A stretch of DNA of 64,000 nucleotides, taken from assembly GCA_021432655.1 (NCBI GenBank), contig MU271281.1:1-64000 (forward strand), in the 5' to 3' direction. The notes beneath the pieces were generated by a model, which was not told where the DNA came from, ran no database searches, and saw only the letters and a list, made by a program, of their open reading frames with translations. Each line of letters starts with the position of its first letter. Within the stretch, counting starts at the first letter, position 1. Position numbers and translations under genes: made by a program. Source of the stretch: Atractiella rhizophila. Taxonomy: Eukaryota. Below are positions 53,319-64,000 of the stretch, one piece after another.

Positions 53319-54248
53319 TCACAGCGGAGCTGTGCACCTGAAGTGCTGACAGCAGATAACCCAATGAAATTTGGAGCTCCAATCGTCTACACTAGAAGGC
53401 ACATCTCTCGATGCACATGCTGTGTCGATTCAGAGAGAGATGGTGGCCACAGTTAGCTCGCCGAGAACAGCTGACATAGAGTGATCTTTTTCGATGAAAA
53501 AGGATGGAAGAAGAAAAAATAGTCGATAGTCTTTAGGCACAGGTAGAAAGGAGCTCAGAAACCATTGAGAGGAGGGCAAACGAGGAGCGGCAGAAGCGGT
53601 ACCGGGAATCATCAGGCCAGAGACAGTTGATCTAGTTATGACCAATGCTCGACTTTATGAGGCATTTCATCACTGAAGAATGAGCAATGCAAAGAAGGAG
53701 GAGGTATGCTCGTATACTACATGGAAAGTAGTTCAGTAGACAAATGCTTCGCAATCGGACGATCGTGACGTCTCCTAATGATGGAAATGTGAATCAACCC
53801 CACCGACACTCGGGCACTGAGAAGTCATTTTTTTGTCTTGAATTGAATTGAATTATACGACGCTTTGCTTTATTTGCTAGAAGGAGAAGCCCTAGCCACT
53901 GCCTTCGGTGTAGAGCGCGAGAATGTAGTGGACGATACAGGAGTTCATACAAAGAGGCAACATCCTCACTTGGCAGAATCGAACAACGCCATTGCTTGAG
54001 AACAGAGAGAGCGAGCAGCACATCATCGCCTAGACCGTGCTGCTATATGCTTGTTGCACTCGTCGAACAGCTGGCACATCTTGTAAAAATTTTCGCAATG
54101 ATTCAAAAAACTGTTTCAAGAAATGGATTCCGAGGTATTGAAAAATAAAACATCAAGAAAATTGAAGGGAAGGGGAAGAAATTGTTTTGTTACAAAGTTC
54201 TCTCAGAGTGAAAGGCGTACTAACTTTTAACTTAGCACCTCAAACGGC

Positions 54249-54360
54249 TTCACACTGTATTAACAACAGAACACTCTCAAGTGCATTTCGGGGGTCCGGT
54301 ATGGTCTAGCATCGAAAGGACCATAAAGATTTACCAGAATTTCTGTCAAAACAGTGTGAA
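54249..54360 (-). ncRNA. Candidate structured RNA (three-way junction), identity unknown
   Basis: Nested complementary arms in intergenic DNA; mismatches on the plus strand become G-U pairs on the minus strand. Confidence 0.35.
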
Positions 54361-54399
54361 AAAGGGCATCTAATGCTTCCATTGGCTTGCTGCGTCTAA

Positions 54400-57164
<2,765 letters not shown>

Positions 57165-57244
57165 TGTCAGATGTCCTATCAAGGCTTGTCAACGTAGCAC
57201 AATAATCATGATAAACTACAGCAATGAAGCAATGAATCAAGAAT

Positions 57245-58456
57245 TCAGGTGTACATGTCCTGAGAAGTACAACACATAAAAAACGAGTCCCACCATCCTT
57301 TTCTCTGTGGTCTTAATACCTCCCTAACTTGCAAACGACCTCCTCCGTCTTTAGGCTCGAGTTCTTCGGTAACGGCGAAAAGTACGTGTCTGTTCCCCAT
57401 TGATGTTCACAACTGTTGAGATGATCTCTGAGGTCCGCTCACTCACTCCTTTTCGTACCAAAAGACTCCCTCATTCTCGAACCTCCTGATCCTCATCCCT
57501 TCCAAGGCATCCAGCAGCTTCCTTGCCGTTTCTTCGAGGCTTTCGAGCCTCGTACTTCTTTCTACCTTCAGCATGTCCTTGGAAATGGTTCCCCTTCCAC
57601 TCTGGCTTCTACACGGCAGTTGCAGGGCCACAACCTTCATTCCCCACTTGACGCTCACATCTTTACTTCTAATCCTCAAATCATCCCAGTCAGGAACATG
57701 AGTGATGAGGTGTCTACGGTACCCTAATTCGACGATGAGATCTTCTAATCGAGCTCTTGGCTGATGGACCTCGAAGAGATCCCGCTTGGCTTCCTCCGTT
57801 GGAAGGAGGAAGAGAGGAGACTCGGAGGAGAGACGAGAAGAGTAGAGACAACTCGATATGTAAAGAGAGAGGACATGCAGCTCTTTACGTTCGGGAGGAG
57901 GAACGGGAGGGGGAGCCTTCTGGGACGAGGTCGAGGCGGTTATTTCCGCGGAAGGAAGTAGAGTGAGGACGTCAGTCGTGTACGGAGGCTTGATTTGTGT
58001 CAAATAATGAGCTGAAGAGAATGTGTGTGAGCTAGAAATGGCCGAAATCTTTGGGGATGAAGCAGGACTCACGAATGTAAGCCTTTCGAAGCAAGGAAAG
58101 TGCAGCTAGCGCGAGATGCCGACAGCTTGGACGGACGGTGTAAAATAAGTCGTGGTAGGTGAGATGGGACAGGATGAGGAAAAGGATGTCGGGGCGGACG
58201 GAGAGAAGAGGGGAGAGACTCGTAGTGTACCGAGGGATGGCCAAGGAGGCAGCATAATCGGGAGGCGGAGTTCGGGCATCCAAAACCGTCCTGTTCGAGG
58301 AAACACTACGGTCAGAATTGTTCCACATAATAAGAGATAATATGTCTTAATGATTGTCGAGCAAAAGAACCTAAGATGAAGGCTTCCAATATTCAACTTC
58401 GTGAGGGAAGCAGAGCACGAACGGCAGCTTGATTCAAGCCTCGCACCTTTCAGCAT
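57245..58456 (-). CDS. Hypothetical protein with an F-box-like motif (ends approximate)
   Basis: LLSVRPDILFLILSHLTYHDLFYTVRPSCRHL; long open exon 57443-58072; plausible GT/AG joins. Confidence 0.55.
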
Positions 58457-58911
58457 GGCTTCCTGCAGTGCTTTTCGCACTAAAGCGACCAATCATTGTT
58501 TCCTCAAGTTATCCGCTTCTCTAGAAGAAGTAGACGTCTCTGCTTTGAGAGATGGAGCCAAAAGTTTCAACGTCCGTGACGGGCAATCTTGAACTCGAAT
58601 GTCTGCTAGTGAGGACTCACATTTTGAGCTGACGAGCCTGGAGTTAATGTAAGCTGCGATGGAAACCAACGCTGAAGCTACCGAAGCCTTGAGGAGGACA
58701 AGACTCCAAGTCAAGACGGAGATGGAAGGGCAAGTCACTTGCTGCGGTTGATGGAAGTTGAAGCAACTTGGTGCGCCTCCCAATGTCTGACAGGTCTGAC
58801 AAAGCATTTATGGAAACAAGGTACATTGAAATCTTACGTTGCATACTTATCATCACAACTTGAGTTGTCATACAATCACAGAGATCATTCCTCCATCTCG
58901 CAATAAATCAA

Positions 58912-60420
58912 TCACTGGTTCCCGCCTGCTCCACCTCCACCACCCTGTCTGCCCTGCATTTGCTCCTCCATGTCCTCCAATCCATGCTCAAGTAAATAAT
59001 TCGCCGCCATCTCCTCGTTCCTATCACAGATCAAGAATGCCTCCAAGACCTGACCTCTCTCGAATCCCATCCCTTCCAACCGCGAAATCGCCGCATTCTC
59101 CTCTGGCGTAACCTCCACCTGTACCTGACCTCCCATACCTCCCATGCCTCCCATCTCGTCGTCCATAAAGTCGTCAAGGTTGAGACCTTGAGCAGCATCA
59201 CCCATAAGGAGACGCATAAAGGTTTCAGGATTCTGAGTAATGGCTTGAAGGAGAGCGGGGTTGGTTTGTCCCAACTGTTGGAGGAAAGGCTGAATCAATC
59301 CTGGGTTCTCCCGAAGCAGAGGTCTTAGTTGTTCGAGCATCTGAGGACTGATCTGCGATTGGAGATCGGCCGCACCTGCAGCTCCTCCTCCACCAGCGGC
59401 AGGCGGCCCGCGGGATTGCTGTTGAGCTTGCTGAGCGGCGGCTTGGAAGAGGTTCTGTGGTGCATTTGAAGCTGGAGCTGAAGCGGATTCAGCGGCTGCA
59501 GCAGGTTGAGCAGCTGCTGCTGGTTGAGAAGGTGCGCGAGCAGCAGCAGGTCTTGAGGCAGCGTTTGCCTCCGCTTGTAAGTGTGACGGAATACCCTATT
59601 CGTCGAGGAATCAGAAAAAATTTGTACATATTCAGGAGGCTGACGTACAGTAAACAGATATTCAGCTGCACGATGAGGGTTGTTGTATGCTGCTCGCAGG
59701 GCTCGCATGACCTGATCTCGTTCGAAACCCATGGCCATCATTTCCGTGATAGTTGTCTCGAGAGCAGAACCCATGAGGAAAGCAGACGGGTCTTCGGCTC
59801 CTCCAGATGACTGAACTTGCCCGGCAGCTAGGGCCGGTGCAGCAGCAGCAGCCACTGGTGCAGGTGCTGGCGATGTAGCTGCCGGTGCCGTGGCAGGAGT
59901 AGACGAGGAAGGTGGAGCAGGTGCGACAGAGGAAGAAGTAGAGGCGGCAGCAGCAGCTGGAGCTGCTGGAGCAGCCTTTGGCTGAAAAAGGTCGTTAACA
60001 TCGAAGTGGATGCGAAAACAAACTGGAACGAACTTTCGACACCATCACGACCAGAAAATCCTTCTCCTTCAGCTTCAGATCCGCTACAGTCTTCTCATCC
60101 TGCAGAATCTTGCCTACGCATACTCCTCAACAACCAATCGACTGAGACAAGAGGATAGGCACCAGAATAAATTAACTTTTGCTGTTCAACAGGAAACCCC
60201 TGGCTCTCAGCTAGCTGTTGCTTCAACTTTGCAACCTATTCAAGATCTCAACATGATATCCCTTTTTGATCCACTGGGAAGCAATGTAGCCTACCGTGTC
60301 TTCTGGACTGGCATCAATCTGACTCAAGGTCGCCATCAGGACCTCATTCAACCTTTAGATAGCAAGATGGCGAACCTGAAATTGCTTCTGCGCAAGCGTC
60401 TTGAAAGTAATCAGTACCAT
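58912..60420 (-). CDS. RAD23: UBL-UBA shuttle factor Rad23
   Basis: [71 protein letters not shown]...[18 protein letters not shown]. Confidence 0.96.
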
Positions 60421-60557
60421 CTTTCGTCGTTTTGAGCTCCTTTCCTGTTTCCTTCAACACTTGTCAACTGGCAAACTTGCGCGTCTTGGTCAACCAGACC
60501 CTAGCCCTAAGGGAGCGGTCGGAAAAGTCACCATTCATTCTCACAATCCCAACGTCG

Positions 60558-62533
60558 ATGGCACCTCGAATGGGCTGGCGCCCTTCATTACAGGGCAATA
60601 TCTCTTTCCTACTTAGGTCGCAGCCACGGGTTTACTCATTCGGGGCGCCTTATCGACCGCCCAACTCTTCCCGCTTTTTCCACTCGTCACGACCACGAAA
60701 CGACATCATATTCGTTACAGTTCCTGCTTTCAAATCAGCTTTGTTATCTCTGACAAGAGGTGCTTTGGTTATTTTACCATTTTGGTATAGATGGCAGCTG
60801 GGAAAGAGGTGTGTAAATTATTCGGTATAGATGCATTGTTTCGAGCGTTCTGGAGCTATGCATCTGGGATTGCGTGAAACCCCATGAACCTACCTAGTGC
60901 TTTGCATAATGCTGCCTTTTCACATTACTGTAGAATTGGCTTCCTTAGCAAGTAAGCAAACGCTGCTATATCTGCTTCAATATATCTACAATCCGTCATG
61001 TCCGTGGAGACAATTCGCCAGACAGTTGAGGTGAACAAAGCCATGACTGACTATGTCTCCTCCAGATTCCCACGCACAAGCCGCATGCTTTTCATATTTC
61101 CCGTAAGTTCTTACTCGCATCGTACCCTACCATGTATTTATGCATTTCGAAGTTATTCGCAGTCTGCATAATCATAGCAATCGGGATTGACCAATCTCCT
61201 CGTACTGCCCGCTGGAGGCTTCTACTCATGAGCGAGCGGGAAGAGATGGAATGGAGCCAAAAGCGTTTTGAAGAATTCCTTCAAGACAACCAACTGCTCA
61301 TTCTTCCACCAAGCGATCCCAGGGTCGCTCCTCTAAAGGAGATAGCCGAAAAACTGATTGGTTCGCTCACCGCTGATACCCATTATCCAGTTTCTTGCGC
61401 TCGATGGCCGAAGGACGTGGAAGACGTTTCGGAACGAATACGAGCACTTGAGGAACGGTTGAAAATCGAACCTTCAGCAAAAACCAATGTCGCCTTAATG
61501 CCCTTCCGGCCAGAAACGGCAAACCCGGAGAAGGTGTTTGGAAGGGACTGGGATATATTTGTCGTGTATCTCTCCCTTTGTCTGCCCTCCTGCTACATCG
61601 TACTGAACTCGATGACAGGGACCTGCCGAAGGTCAACGCTTTTGTGTTGCCTACTAAAGAACTGGTCATCTACACGGGTCTGTTAAACTTGCTGCAGAAC
61701 GACGAGGATCTTCTCGCAGCCGTTTTGGGTGCGTCCGTCCGATTGGAGTTGATTTAAGTCGGCTGATAATGTTTAGCACACGAAATTTCACACGTAACGG
61801 AACGACATGCGGTACGTCTATCTCCCAGCCACTCTGGCTCACCTCACAAGAGGTTAGGTGGAGAACATGGGTTTCCTCGCTCTCTCATCCGTTGTTTTCG
61901 ACGTGCTTCGAGGCGTGAGCTGGGCATTGACGGTCTCGTTTCCTGTTGTCACGGATGCTTTAGGATCAGTCTTCAATTTTCTCGACCAGGTGGTCACCCA
62001 ACGGTCGTATTCGAGGAAGCTAGAGACAGAGGCAGATATGCTGGGCTTAGAGGTACCTAGCATCCATTTCAGTATGCCGAGTTTGAAATGCTGAATCATA
62101 CTGGCAGGTCATGGCTAAAGCAGGATACCATCCTCAAGCCGCTGTTGTCGTATGGGAGATTCTTAATGAGATGGATCAGGAGTTGCACAGCCATGGAAAC
62201 GGCCAATCACTTGCAGACAAACTTCCGTTCCTTCGATCTCATCCACCAGGGCCAGAGCGAATCCAGGTAAGTTATTCGTCCACATTTCCCCTTCGGGCTG
62301 AGCTAACCGGATAATAGAACATTGAGAAACACATGCCAATAGCAATGAAGCTGTTCGACGAGTACCAAGCGAAGAACCGCCCAAAACAACTGCCAAAAGA
62401 GATGCATTCCCTTCCAACCCCGAATGAGATGGCAAAGAGTGCTACGAGCGAGATTAGGAAGTTGAACAAGACCGACTCCAAATCCGACGACTCTCAGCAA
62501 TCCCAGACTCCAGACACAGTCGAGAAGCGGTGA
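60558..62533 (+). CDS. OMA1: Mitochondrial M48 metalloendopeptidase Oma1-like
   Basis: Arg-rich presequence-like N-terminus; PRTARWRLLL; VNAFVLP; LLAAVL-AHEISH (HEXXH); YSRKLETEAD; MAKAGYHP; FLRSHP. Confidence 0.85.
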
Positions 62534-62734
62534 GAATCATCAAGATCAATGTACATACGCTCGTAGTTCGCACCGTGTTGATTGTTATCATTATTTTCCC
62601 TGGACGCCTCTCAAATCCATGAGACCTTCCATTGGCAGGCTCCAATCTACATTGCAACAACAGCTTCGTAACTCAAGCAAGTAACCAAATAATCCAAAGT
62701 GCCGCAAGCACAGGGAGAGCAATATTCAAACGAA

Positions 62735-64000
62735 TTAAGCTACAATAAAATCTTTATCGTCTTTCAACTGTTGGTAGAGAGCTCCCATTAGTATGAATTC
62801 AGAATTGTAAACACAGAACCCAGTGTGTTTTTGGAGCAGGCCATCCCAAAGTGCTCTATCCTCTTCGCAGGAGATGAGGAACGAGTCTTTATCTATCAGT
62901 TTCTGAACGATCCGCAAACTTGGCGTTTCCGTTTTGACCTATTAGAAACATGAGGAAATTATTGACAGACAAGGAAACAAACGAACCGTTCCACTTGCTG
63001 CTTTAATAATCTTGCTCAGAATGGCATGGTCGGGCTTGACATTTTTTGTGATATACACCGTTTTGCCCTTGAAAAATCCGCCTTTTTGAGATTTCTGCAG
63101 CGACTCTTTCAAGTTCATTTTGAACTTCTTTTCTCCGTCTGGGTCATGAAGTAGATACGCATCCTCCTCTGTCGCTCCATGAATTCCGGTATCGGATGTT
63201 GGAGGAAGAAGACTCACCAAGCCAAACCTTGTGTTTTAAAGAATCGTTCATCCATTTCTCAGTCACGATGTAAGCACCTCCCTGGGCAAGCGCACATAGA
63301 AACTTTTCGGTCCGCGAGATTGCATTGGTAATCAAATGGGTTGCCTCAGCAGCATCTTCTGTCTTTTTCGCTTTGAGCCCTTTGAGTGCCTGTACGCAAG
63401 TCAGATGTCGAGAATGAAGACGCTAATGCGACGCACTTTCGTTTGGTCAGCGGAGAGAGTGACGCCAGTCGTGCAAATTTTTATCGGCTTTCCGGCTGCT
63501 GAGACATGCGAGACCTTTACTTTCGGTGCTTCTCTTGGTTTCCTATTCACACATAGTCAGGTCTTTTCAAAATGACGGTGTTGCAACGTACCCAGGTGGT
63601 GCATCGAAAGAAGAGTAATCCTGTGACTTCTCAGGTTTTTTCTTCCCTGAACTTCGCAGCTCTTCTGTTCTGGAGACTACCGCCTTCTTGGACTTTATGA
63701 CGAGCTTCTCATCTGATTTTCCATCCTTCTCTTCCTCCGGAGAGACAGCTCGCTTCTTCCCTTTCCGCGAGACTGGAATAGGGTCCGCCTCATCTGGCTC
63801 CTCATCTTCCGCCCACTTGTGCTTCGTGGTGCGCCTGCTGATAGATTGTTTCTTCAGTGGAGCGGTGATTGAGAGTTCATCTTCCACGTCTTCCTCAGGA
63901 GCGGAGGCAGCCGTTTTCTTCTCCCGCACCTTCGTTTTGGTTTTAGATCGGGATTCTTCGACCTCTTCATCCCCTTCGACGCTCTTTCGTTTCTTCGACG
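62735..64000 (-). CDS. Tandem-BRCT protein (Brc1/Rtt107-like), 3' part only
   Basis: ISRTEKFLCAL...IVTEKWMNDS; YLLHDPDGEKKFKMNLKESL; FKGKTVYIT; VYNSEFILMGAL. Confidence 0.75.

Overview
Eukaryotic, gene-dense fungal genomic DNA. Many ~45-70 nt spliceosomal introns, micro-exons and short head-to-head promoters suggest a basidiomycete (inference; species not determined). About 25 mostly spliced protein genes are recognisable by motif: MRI1, GDT1, HUT1, AusD-like methyltransferases, RPC34, an SH3/WW RasGEF (CDC25-like), TRM11, an isochorismatase-family hydrolase, gamma-glutamyltranspeptidase, a Mit1/CHD-type remodeller, ATG6, several F-box proteins (one FBXO21/YccV-type), RPN6, a LisH-WD40 protein, an HD hydrolase, an NmrA-like protein, CEF1, RAD23, OMA1 and a tandem-BRCT protein. 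There is also one tRNA-Val(UAC). Accessory structure: (i) a tandem HUT1+methyltransferase array with two decayed HUT1 copies; (ii) a ~1.82 kb direct tandem duplication at 24.5-28.1 kb; (iii) two homopolymer frameshifts, probably assembly errors; (iv) candidate structured RNAs: a three-way-junction fold upstream of CEF1 and long, hairpin-rich first introns in HUT1 and OMA1; (v) a repeated CCG-N10-CGG palindrome in the NmrA promoter. No transposon, CRISPR or rRNA was seen. Gene boundaries were inferred by eye from splice signals; no searches or folding programs were run.
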